A stretch of 63,278 nucleotides of DNA, filler included, from Basidiobolus ranarum (taxonomy: Eukaryota): NCBI GenBank assembly GCA_040143965.1. It is 11 parts of 11 records of this genome, joined end to end, with 100 filler letters (N's around TTAATTAATTAA, not from the genome) between each part and the next. Parts side by side here need not be neighbours in the genome. Positions count along the whole stretch, not along the records: positions 51,917 to 57,553 come from JASJQH010001535.1; positions 57,654 to 63,278 come from JASJQH010001536.1; 9 more parts are not named here. One strand, given 5' to 3'. A program made the translations under genes and the position numbers. This document shows positions 51,817 to 63,278 of the stretch, piece after piece. The notes beneath the pieces were generated by a model. It saw nothing but the letters and a program-made list of their open reading frames with translations, made no database searches and was not told the DNA's origin. The stretch's first letter is position 1. The number at the start of each line of letters is the position of its first letter.

Positions 51817-53070
51817 NNNNNNNNNNNNNNNNNNNNNNNNNNNNNNNNNNNNNNNNNNNNTTAATTAATTAANNNNNNNNNNNNNNNNNNNNNNNNNNNN
51901 NNNNNNNNNNNNNNNNTGTTGACTAACACCCTCTAATCATTGAACAATCACAAAATTTTTTTTATTTAGTAGTCTATTTAACTTTTTGTTTTCCACAAAC
52001 CCACGACTCCCATATTTCCATTTCAATGGCCTGCTACCTAAAGTCCTTGGTTTTGGTTGGAGATATTTCAAACATATCAACATGATACTAGTTGGATGTT
52101 GAGGAGTGACTCATAAGAAGTATCTCACATGGAAAGCTCAGGATGCAAGTAAATGGCCTATCAGATAGGTGCACACCATCATTTGTCACTTACCTTGGCA
52201 GGGGAAACCATCCACATTAGTAATGTGTGCGGTGTAGTGAAGAGTGGTGGTGAACACCGTAATTTGTTAGTACAGTATCTGGCCATGACTCTGCATCCAC
52301 TTCGAAGTATGAGAAGCAATCCAAATGATTCGTGGAATGGCAATATCTGCCGAACTAGGTTAAGATTTCAATTTATAATACCAACTCAGCAATTTACTTA
52401 CTACCAGTGCGATGATGATTCAGCCAAAGTAGCCTTGCTTAACTGAGTCATCGCGGATAGCTAAACCTGCCCTAGCGAAAAATTCCCTAAACCATCAACA
52501 CATTGTAATATGTTATACTAAAGTAGAACCGGTCAATACAGGTACAAAATCGGTACCAGAATTTGTCCCACCTAAGTCTCGGGTAAAGGATTTCCACACC
52601 AAATATTCGTGGACCAATCCATGAAATTCCCTATTGATTAAAAAGCTGGCTTAGATGAACAATCTATCTTTGCTGCCTATGGGAATTGCATCATCTGCTC
52701 GCATTGAAAATCGGCTTATACCACTAGTATTCCCTGTATATTGCTCAGAATTCAAGTGACAAGTAGTACCAATCAAAAGCTCCAAGATGACAAGCATTAG
52801 TTTAGTTACGATGTTCAATGCAACCTTATTAGATTTTATTAAGTTGTACATTGAGTGATAGAGTTAATAGCGATTAGCATAAAGTTGACATATTACATGC
52901 AAAAAATAGTCTTTAAGGAGTGTTTACTAAGGTTTAGAAGTTGGGTCGGTTTCTGTACAGAATGGTGTAGTAGACAAAATATAACAAAAAATGGGGACAT
53001 TATATAAGGAGTGGTGTATGTACGTTGCGTGAATTTGAGGATAACGCGAATTGTTTAACGTTCAGTAGCA

Positions 53071-54108
53071 TTAATGGCATACCAATGCTCTTGACTGGTA
53101 TGCTGGCGGTGGTTCACACCACATAGCCACGGCATCATCATAACTTGGTAGCGCGTTTGCCACTTCGCGTTGCTCAGCCGATTGAACAATAACGGGCAAT
53201 TCAAACTCTACATTGCCACGCTTTCCATGGTGTTCATGAAACTTCAATTTAATGTGAATGCTGTGTGTGACTGATATAAATCCAGTTTGACAATGCAGCT
53301 TGGTATTGGCTGGAATATCCAAATCCATGCCATCCGCCATTATCTCTGCTTGATCTGTTTGTAGTGTACGCGTAGATTGCGATAATTTCACGGTCTCAAC
53401 GGAGGGTAGGAGCGTTATAGGATGTTTGTATACAATAGTTTCAGTAAGACTGAGAGTTACTTTGTCAGCTCGTGTAGTATCATTTACAGATAAAAAATCC
53501 AATGACATTTTTAATTGCTCGCCAGGTAAATACACTGATTTAGCCATAGATACACAATAATGAACTGAACGGCACCATGTCCCTCTAGCGGAGGTCTTGA
53601 GACGTGCTGTGGTTTCATATGAGCATACTCTTTGTAACTTCAGCTCTTGACTATGCTTGAGATTCGTATGAGGGAAAGGGCGAATGACGATCGCGGTTAC
53701 AACGTACGATATCTTTCCGTGGGGTAAATCAACCGACTCAGGTAAATCACCGCTCAAAGGTAAGTTAAAGTCAAACCGATGCTCTTGTGTGCCCAGTTGG
53801 TGAAGGGAATGGGGTGCGGAGTCGAGCAATAAAAGTTTATCACGTATTACTGTTTTCTCAGAACCATAAAGATCTAAACAAGAGAAATACTGTTAGATGA
53901 AAAGTTCGAATGGGCACGCTGTTGGAAATCAATAATAACCTTGATTGTTGTCAATACTAAGTGTTCCGTGTAACTTCAAAATGATTTGTTTTACTTTGGT
54001 AGGCTTGGAAGGACGATATATCACAGTTCCAGATACGATAGTGCCAGGGGAATCTTCTGGGGAGCCTCGCAAGACTACGTTGTCGTTATTTAAGTGAATA
54101 CTGAGCAT
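53071..54108 (-). CDS. Alpha-arrestin (ART family) with PY motifs, 2 exons
   Basis: Exon 54108-53940 (MLSIHL...VVLRGSP...VSGTV), intron 53939-53874, exon 53873-53071. Motifs FDFNLPLSGDLPES, GKISY, ISVTHSI, and C-terminal LPSY and PPAY. Confidence 0.92.
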
Positions 54109-57100
54109 TATCAGAGTACTATAGGTAGATGCGAAAAATACAGTTTATTTGAATCGAAACCGAGCCCAGGATAACTAAGAGACGAGCGAAGATGCAATGA
54201 TATGGACAAAGAAGTGAGGAAATGGTGGCTGTATAGAAGTGGAAGAGAAGGTATATTTATAAGCGCGGTTGGATTCCAAATTTTAATGACACATAGTATG
54301 TCTAGTAGCTCAATGGAAGAAGTTTTGTCCGGTAGATGCTAACGCCCCATCAGTTGAGCCAATCAACATCCTCGTGACATATTTAGGTTTTGGTAAAAGG
54401 ATATCCCGTTCTCATCAGTGAGTATTTTTGAGACTCATTCACATCCCAAAATAGCCTAGAGTGAATATTGAACGGGGAGACTTATTCTTACATTTTTAGT
54501 TGATCAAACACCATCCTTGAGGTTAGATTCCACTAAGCATACAAATATCTAACTTTGAAGGAGTTTTTGTTGATCCCTGTTTATCGGATCTTCGTCAGCA
54601 TAAACCTTTACCCAAGTCATATTCCAAATATAGACGATGCTCATTTGGATGAAACTCCTTCAGGATTTCCGGTCATCGGATTGGTGCAGTGTGCTTAAGT
54701 ATATTATACTCTCGAGCTGCTTTAGAGTAACCACCTCATTAGATTATCACCATCCGTTTAAAAGAACACCCGAGGAGGATAAAGCCAAGCATATCGAGAT
54801 ACGCGGTTTAACTCCCAAACTTGATTTCTTAGCAATATCATTACTATATCCACCTGATTAGGCCCAGCACGATACAAATGCAAAACGAACACTAGCGTTG
54901 AAACCTGTCTCGTCAGTTGTACACCATCAATGGTATAAAACTGCAGCAGAGCCTTTATTTCGAAACGTCAAGTGTGGGAAAGGGAGTGGCAGAGCCATAT
55001 GGTGCAATGTCACAGAAGTATGGGTCTTGGAAACATACTCGTTGTGCCTCAGTACGTAGCCCCATGTATTGTTTAGTGAAGTCCTTGCTGCTACATGCTT
55101 GGAATGAACAGATCCAACCGGAGTCTTTTCGAGAGTTGAGTCATCAGGTGCTACGTGAAGTAGCAAATACATTATTTCCAAGGAGATTAAGGGATCACAT
55201 CGATGGCTAAGTATTTACGCTGCATCTATTCAACAACCAGCCATACTAATAATCTCACACCACATGGTTCAGGATTGCCAAAAGGAAAATCTGATTTTCA
55301 AATTCTTTGCGATGTGGGGGGAAGTTGATTGGCTGCATCCCAAGTCAGAAAATCGACACTCTTGGTTTGCGCGGTCTAGGCCCAAATTACGCTCTTTAGT
55401 TTATCCGACTGACTGCAATTACCAGACATTTGTTCATATTACCTTAAAGATATAAATGATGTGTAAATGCTCAAAGATGTATATTTAAGGCCATTTGGGC
55501 ATCATTGGAGCACTTCTGCATATTTGATGGTCACACAGAGGTGTGCACTGAGTTTTCTTTAGTGGGGTGAGGACACGTATTAATCACCTAGTAAGCAAAT
55601 CAGTCATGGACAGTCGCAACCAACGATCCGCACGAGAAATAAACGGAAGAGACTGTGACAGGTAAACACCAGCTACAGCTTGACGCATGGCCCGATATCG
55701 ATTTCGTTCGCGTTGTATGGAGATTGTCTAGACAGCTAGGGGACATCATTGTGTAGATTTGATTCGGTGTACTTTGGCGATCTTAGCCCACAGTTTGTCG
55801 GATTGGCTGTGTTTACTTTATTCCCGTCAGTAGTAGAATTGGTTACAATGAAATACTCTGAATGGAAGCGTCTTGATACAATCCATAACGAGGAAATATA
55901 AAGATGGAGATACTTCTTTTGGGCAAGCACATGTCGGACGCCAACCGGAAAAAGTTTGAAGCCAGTTATAGTCAAAGTTTTTTTGTATGCACCTTGGATT
56001 CAACATCGCCAAAGTTGGTTTCCTGAAATCACTAGAGCGCATGATAAGGTGAAGCAGAGAAAGCAAGCACGAAACAAAGCACTATACATTTAATGCTGGC
56101 TGAAGTAGCGGACACGGTGAGTCAGATCCGATGTAGGGTGACTCGAAACCACTGTAGCCCTCACTTTGACTAAGGAAATATTACTGGCTACTCCTGGCTT
56201 GCAGGTTAGGTTAGGTTGCGTGGCTAATCAGCCAAATTGCACTAAGTTAGCTAGATATCCTCAAAATAAACCTCCAAATGAGATAATCGTGGCTAACTAA
56301 TTAAACACAGCCAGTTTCAGCATATTCTCAATCGTGATAAACATTCTTCCAAATCCCAATATCCCATGAAAGCAGTACCTTTTCCATCTATTTCTGGACC
56401 ACCTATACCTTTTAGATTCATTGTCTCATGTTGGTGGACCCAAATTAACCTGATACTCGACTTTAGATTGCAGTGGTCTCAAGAAAATGCACATCAGTTA
56501 TTTGATCCGACGGAATAGGCAGATCGGACCAACTTTCTAACAGGAAAGAGTCTAGTGATGCTGCTGAGCAGGAGTCTAAATATTTGATGTTCCAGGATGG
56601 GCTCTACGATGGTTGGTAAAGGATTGACCCATTAGAGCAGTCTTTCAATTCAATTTACTATTGAGTGACTCGAACCATTCACAGCCTAGCGGCATACTTA
56701 ATGGGGGTGATGTTTTGTACTTATTTGTCAAGCTTTTAAGGATAGCGTATACCTAGATTCTCACAGTTGTAGCATGGGTTTTACGGCAATAGCTTATCAA
56801 ACTCTAATTTATTTTGCACAACGATAATGTTTGCTATCTATTTGCAATCTTCCCTTTTTTTAGACTGACGCTAAGAAGCATCGCTATTAAATGAATAGGG
56901 TAAGTTGGTCTCGCACCGTCACATTCAATATTTAGGCTTCCTCTTTGGAATCTTCTTACAGCCTTTCAGATGGATATTAACTCTACGGTCTTAGCAGTCA
57001 TATCTAAAAATTCACAAGCATTGAAGCTTGACAGATTAGTGACAATAAAGCAACAAACAATAGCTTCTATATTGAACTCTAGTGTATGGGTCATATTGTT

Positions 57101-57423
57101 CATAGACCGATGCATAATAGCTCGATTATGGCTCGATGGTATTCATATTGAGTTACTAAAGCTATTAGTGATATACAAGATCATATCGTAGAGTTCTTAC
57201 AATAGCAGCTCTAGTCAGCTGGGGACAATCGTACTAATATGTTCTGTAGACACTTTATCTGACATTACCAAATTTCAATGTCACAAAAACCATGTCATCC
57301 CAATATGCATCTTTCTTTAGTTGTTGAGGTTTCTGCCATATATCTTGGAATTCTTGGGAAGGTGGTTTAGCAATTTTTCTAGATAACTTCTATTTTCACT
57401 GAGATAATATTGAATGTATTAAC

Positions 57424-57553
57424 TGTTGAAATTAGCATTGCCTAAACACCTATATAGTCATATATAGCTTACTACTTAGTTATCTTATAACTCACTAAGA
57501 TATTATCCATTATTCTCAATCAGAATTTACTTAGAATATTTTTACCAACTTGG
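57424..57553 (+). repeat. Copia family B LTR start, truncated by contig end
   Basis: TGTTGAAATTAGCATTGCCTAAACACCTATATAGTCATATATAGC. Confidence 0.92.
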
Positions 57554-58976
57554 NNNNNNNNNNNNNNNNNNNNNNNNNNNNNNNNNNNNNNNNNNNNTTA
57601 ATTAATTAANNNNNNNNNNNNNNNNNNNNNNNNNNNNNNNNNNNNNNNNNNNNTATTGCTTATTGTATCTACATGATCAAACAATTAGTACTCGACGCAC
57701 CCACATACGCATCCACATTCTTCAACCTAACCCTTCACATTCCCAATACCCAACTTTGTCAAACAATATGGTTGGGCTATGTTTCCCTAAATATGGCGTA
57801 TGGGTTGAATGGAGGAGGGTAGAATCGGTAATAAATCATGCTAACGTTATTTAGTGTTACTAGCTCACTAGATTATGCGCTTTGACATTAGTCACCACTA
57901 CACACTTTACTCACTGTATCTTAATTATCTCCCAGATCAAGCGTTGTCAACAGATACTTTAGAATGGAAAAAGATCACCTTGAACAGTAACGGGCCGGAT
58001 TTGCATGAAATCCATATAATATTATCATCCCAATAGGGAAGTTAGAATTCTTTAAGGTCTGTACAGTCTGTGGAGGAATGGCTCGACGTATAATGGCTCG
58101 TTGGTAGCTCGTTGGTAGTATAGAATACATGTGATGTGTACGTAATAATTGTGATCGTGTTTCACTTTCATGTTTCACAGATTATACTATGAGAGAAGCC
58201 ACATGCATCGGTCCATGCTTTCTCTTAATGGGAGGTGATACACATAAAGAGTGGGAGGCTTTCCCGAGAGCAAATTAGGGTGCAGTTCAAGTTACTCAGG
58301 AATTCGTTGCAAGTGCTGTATATAATGCTATTGTGATACATCGATACATCGTAACGATCTCGTGTGCCATGATTTCAAATCATATTTTGGATGTTTACCA
58401 AGACCCATCTTAGTTGATTCTGGTGCAATGACGACATTTCTTCGCTGTTGTTTATCTCTAGCGTTATAATTACTGCCGGTGCATCTTTCCCAGCTACCAC
58501 TCCAAATACAATGGCGCTTCCAGACGCGGGATATAAAAGGAAGATGAGCTTCTGTCCCGAGAGCGAGAATTAGCTGTAGCTGATTGGAAAGTGATGGGGG
58601 CGCTTGATACAAAGGCATGTTATTCACTAGCGTATCTCTGTTGTGTAGCGATTGTACTCTGCACCAGTGAGTGGTCAATAGTGTTGGGTAACATAATCTC
58701 AATCCAGTATGTTAGCACGAGGAGATCTGAGAAGGTAACGATATCTTGAATCTTGATGGAATCAAGTTTGTCACGTCGAAGATGTTGATCCTAACAGCTC
58801 ACTGTAATTGGATTGGAGAGTAGTTTGTATTACCCTTTGGGAAGATGAGGAGGACATCAATATTAATTATATTCAGAATCTTGTAGAATTCAAATTGGGA
58901 CTGGTTTGCATTATATCGAACAATGTTATATTGAACAATACAATGCTTGTAACTTACGGTAGAAAATCAATACTGT

Positions 58977-59015
58977 GAAACTGTACACCGAAACTGTACA
59001 CCGAAACTGTACACC
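58977..59015. repeat. 13-bp tandem repeat x3 (GAAACTGTACACC)
   Basis: Three perfect units. Confidence 0.9.
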
Positions 59016-59862
59016 ATTGGATATATTGAAAACCATCTGTGACTCTATTGTTCAAAAATCCATTCCTGTCGGTTGTTTTTGCTTTTCTAGGAAGGGAGTT
59101 CGCAAAATCAACTAAAAAGTAAATCCAATCAAGTTCAATGATGAATCGAGGTGATGTATTCTTCTAGTAAGAAAATGATTGAATGACTATTACTTAATCT
59201 CTATTTGCTTATATTTGTTTTGTTAGAATATTAGTACATATTTACTTATATATGCGGGAGTATGCAAAGTATAGCGAGTAGATATCTGAGAGAAGATATG
59301 TAAATATTGGTAGAAAGACTTTCACTTTCTAGTTTATCTTATCCAGGGAAATATTTCATTCAATGCATAAATATACATACATCGTATTTTATAAATAGAT
59401 ATATCTAACTTTTAAAAGCCTCTTTACATATGGATAAGTTCCAAGATAGTATTTTACTCTCGCGGATATTCTGAATATAATGCCATTGTCTGATTTCTGT
59501 ATTTCCACCAAAAAGTATAAATACGTGGTATATGGTCAATTTCACTACAACTTGCAGAAAGCCTATTTTGGAAAATGCATGCTGAAGAATTAGAAATTTA
59601 GAAAGTAATATATTACCAGCACTTGGAAGTATTTTGTTACCATTCTTACTACTTATTTCTCACATGGGTGAGAATAACACTCTATACTTTATGTATCAGC
59701 ATTGAGCATCAAATATTAGATTAACAATGTGATTGATAAACTTTGCAACTTCTGAATTTGGGGCAAATAAACCCATCTACACTTAGAATAATATGTCAGA
59801 AATAGACATAGTCCAACATTGAAGCAAGATTCCCTCATGTTGAACATATACATTGTAGTAAC

Positions 59863-60189
59863 TGTTGAAGTACTTTAGGAGTTTGTTGGAAGTAGTATGG
59901 AGCACTAGAAGAGTTGATGGTTTTCACTTACTGATTCATGGAGTAGAAAGTTAACATTTATAGTTTCATCAAGTGGTAAGCAAAAAAAACATGTAGAATA
60001 TGTTAAGAAAGGTCTCAGGAGTATTTTTACAAGGGTTGAGGCTTCTAGGACAAGTTTCAAAATCTATACATCTGAGAAGTTCTGATTAGATTCCAACCAA
60101 GAGCAAAATATCATGGAGAAATACAGAACAAATAAATATCAAGTTATATATATTGCTATATGGATATTTAGGCTATGTTAACTTCAACA
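59863..60189 (-). repeat. Diverged copia family B solo LTR
   Basis: TGTTGAAGTA...GGTTTTCACTTA...TCTGAGAAGTTCT...TTCAACA, with both termini present. Confidence 0.82.
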
Positions 60190-60339
60190 AGATAGACTTA
60201 TAACTGAGTTCCAACAACTATATCTTGGTAAATTCTTTAAATTGTGTTTACAGTATGCTTCATAATGGACAAGTGATGTAACTGCTGAAAATGTCCTAGT
60301 TTAAGCTTCTATACAAGTTTCACTATGTATCCCCCAATA

Positions 60340-60670
60340 AATTCACTTGGAATTTACTTGGTATATTCTTACCAACTTAGAGGTTCTCAGATTATAAGAT
60401 TTATTAAACTTGTCCAAGAGACCCCAAACCTTGTACACATATTCTTGGGACCTTTCTGAACATATTCTATGCATCTTTTTGTCTACCTCTTAACAAAAGC
60501 ATAAATGACATCTTGTACTGAATAAACTAGCAAGTAGAAGTGACCAAACCTGCTAGTGCTCCAAATCATTTCCAACAACTCCCAAAATACTTCCACAAGT
60601 TATGAGCCTCAAGTCTGCACTCTCTGTAATGTCTATCTCTCAAATCTCTGGAACTTTTCCTTCCTCTTAA
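60340..60670 (+). mobile_element. Copia family B LTR 3' part, PBS and gag start
   Basis: ...CTCCCAAAATACTTCCACA then AGTTATGAGCCTCAAGTCTGCACTCTCTGTAATGTCT...GGAACTTTTCC, matching 46330-46399. Confidence 0.82.
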
Positions 60671-61753
60671 TTCTGGATTTTCACAAAAAGTATAAAAACC
60701 TTATTTCAAATCAAACAATCAACAGCACTTAGAGCCACAGTATATCTATTTCTCAAATACTCTTCCTAAACACCTCAAATTCTTCCAATGGAAATAGCCC
60801 AAGGAATGAGGTCATGTTGCAGTCAGGAATTTGAGCTACCTATAAGAATATAGTAGCAGATATATTTTCATATAGAATCAAGTGACTGGACTTCAATATA
60901 ATACTCTGATGTCACATCTATTGGAGTAATTTGCATCAGATCAGTTGCTTTTGAAACACTTATGGCCCAGATTTGCATAGAATCAACTTACTAGAGAATA
61001 TCTACTTCTGAAGTTTCTTCTTTCATTTTGATGAGTCAGCAACATCTATCAGACCATTAGAAGGAAAGAACTGAAACATATCCCATGCTTGATAGGTCAA
61101 AAATCATGATGTAACCTAATTTCCCTTCCATGGTCAGCCAAATATCCAATGAATTGAATCATATGACCTATATCAAATTGCAGATAGATAATAATAGCAT
61201 GCCCCTAGAACTTTGCACACACAATATCCAATTGAAGTCAAGGATTCCCCCCATAATTTGGGAATTGAATGGTATGTTGGGGTGTTCATGTGTGCTATCT
61301 TTCTTATCATATACAAATATCAGTATAATCCCGTTGCAATCACAAATTAGTAAAGTAGGCGGAATGTTTAAGGAGATTTAGTGTACAGAAAATGGAAGAA
61401 TCAATTCGCCATATCCAACTCTACTATTGAGTATCAATAGGTAAGGTGATTGGTTCACATGATGGATTGCGGGTTAATCTCGCGTTGGGTTTCCATTTTT
61501 GGACTGGATTAGCAATTATGGAATGGATTAGTTTAATGAGTGATATGCAACAAAGACTCATTGACGCGTTACTTGGATGGGATATTTATGTTCAAGTATA
61601 TTGGTGCATTACTGTAGGGAGTGATTCAAATTGGCTTTACTTGATTCGGAATTATATATAAGTACTGCAGTCCCATTTCCTTTCTCCCTATTTTGAAAAT
61701 TATTTGTTAACAAGTGCCACTTAATTTTTTTTGCTGCTCTTTAAACGCCCGAA

Positions 61754-63194
61754 ATGTCCTTAGAGGTGTTACGAAATTCGACCTCCTTTACCTCCACTAG
61801 TGCTCCACAAATCTCAGATACCCAACCGCTTGGGAATACGGATGAACGTAAGAAACCGACTACCTTTATTTTAACTCATAGAGCACTTATTCATGCTTAA
61901 ACATGGTCTATTTTTTTCTTTTATTTATTGTTAGAAATGGATACAATATTGAAGCAACTTAAACGACGATTACGTGAACGTATCACCAAAGACGTTCCAA
62001 ATAAGCACGAGTTTCAAGTTTTACTGGAACGTTTGAATCAAACCAACGCTACGTGTCCGAAACTACAAAGCCAATTACTAGTGTGGTCGATACAATTGTT
62101 AAACGGTGGTAAAAGTTCTTTAACTACCATGACGATACCCAGCCCAACCAGTCCGCCTGAAAAGATTCTAGACAAATCATATCCACCTGTTGAAATCCTC
62201 CTCACTCCTACCAAGGTTAACCCACCTTGTGTGCCACACCACCCAACCACCCCAAGATATATTCCCATAGTAGAGGTACCCACAGTCTCTCAAGGGAATA
62301 TCTTAGCATCATCATCCTCTGAGTGCCCACCCATAGATGAACCATTCCCAATCCAAGCAAAAGATCAACCTGAAGTAGTGAATTTTGATTTACATAACCA
62401 ACGACGAAAGATAGTCGAAGTTGTCATAGCCAATGAACACCCTCAAAAGCACCAAAAAATTCAACACGAATCCACACCAGTGCCTATTTTAGTGGCATCA
62501 CATAGCACATCTCCAGTTCACTTTGAGATAGAGATCCCAGCAAAGGTCAAGAAAGTTAAAAGTAGGGGGAGTGTCAACAAACCGTATAGCAAAATTCTTA
62601 ATATTACTGAGCAATCTCGGAGTCAAACAGGAAAGATTCTGTATAGAGTGACCTGGCTAGATGGAAGTCAGAGTTGGGTAAGTGAACACAAGGAGTGTAT
62701 TACTTATGATGAAGATTTATTGATGATTTATTTTTAGGAATCTCCAAGGGACATGGCTTCATCCTTAGATCTTATTGAGAAGTTTGAACATGATCAATAT
62801 CGTCGTCTTGACTCATCTGGTCGACTGACTCCTAGCAGAAGACGCATTACTAGTAGGCAACAACCAGCCAAAGAGTATCTGGTTGACCAATCAATTGCTG
62901 ATTTTAAAGACTTGTCAAGCCATTCTGAAGGACCAGTGAACCCTTCAGAAAGTGAGCTCCTTTGGTGTGATGTTAGTAAACACTCACAGACCAAGCCTTT
63001 GGATACTTTTATATGTGTGGAGATATGCTAGCCTTATGGCTATGACTGAGACTCTGTGTATATTGTTTAAATATATATTAGTAATAATATCATTTGCTTC
63101 ATTTTCTAATAAATTGTATTATCATTTGAATCCACAAGATATATTCGATCTTCATTCCCAGGTAGTGACAGAATGCTCAAGATCGAGCCTATGA
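61754..63194 (+). CDS. Multi-exon protein with a Pro-rich middle and a chromo-like domain
   Basis: Exon 61754-61847, intron to 61934, exon 61935-62677, intron 62678-62737. The junction gives GKILYRVTWLDGSQSW|ESPRDMASSLDLIEKFE (compare chromo YxVKW...TWEP...LIxxF). The 3' exon structure is less certain. Confidence 0.7.
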
Positions 63195-63278
63195 AACAAC
63201 ATGTTCTTGAGTCCAATAGGGGGGGGGGGAATTAATTTGGATTGAAATTGTTTGTTATTCTGTGAACCATAACAAACA

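Noticed and set aside
56137..56690. Two GTGACTCGAA-CCA motifs resembling a reverse tRNA T-loop
   Set aside because: The match is too short and has no acceptor or anticodon stems.
54637..58702. Short ORFs in long intergenic regions (e.g. 54917-55210, 58328-58702; also 14648-14941, 18531-18806, 29424-29693)
   Set aside because: No recognisable motifs, often non-ATG starts, and no consistent splice structure.

Overview
AT-rich eukaryotic (fungal) DNA with short GT-AG introns of about 55-120 nt. It most likely comes from an early-diverging fungus; Zoopagomycota/Mucoromycota is my inference, and a Basidiobolus-like source is only a guess. The window is not one locus. It is 11 unrelated contigs (5685 down to 5625 bp, sorted by length) joined by 100-bp N44-TTAATTAATTAA-N44 linkers, so gene neighbourhoods mean something only within a contig. 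Host genes: bacterial-type YdhR monooxygenase, Pcl-type cyclin, TPR + metallo-beta-lactamase-fold fusion, LRR protein with an LRRC58-like tail, Rsp5/Pub1 HECT ligase, PI31, Gle1, hevein/CBM18 protein, CNT nucleoside transporter, an orphan CaaX protein, Med10, an SDR, Leo1, an alpha-arrestin and a chromo-like protein. Repeats are strongly CpG-depleted. They include two Ty1/copia families primed on the tRNAiMet anticodon arm, a decayed two-ORF PHIS (Harbinger-group) transposon with matching MITEs that have 3-bp TSDs, CACTA and probable LINE remnants, and two unclassified dispersed repeats. Also present: a mitochondrial-type LSU rRNA fragment and an rps8 3' fragment. Best leads: the PHIS element/MITE family, the gag ATG inside the copia PBS, the unclassified coding repeat, the YdhR HGT candidate and the TPR-MBL fusion. 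All calls come from reading the sequence; no searches were run.
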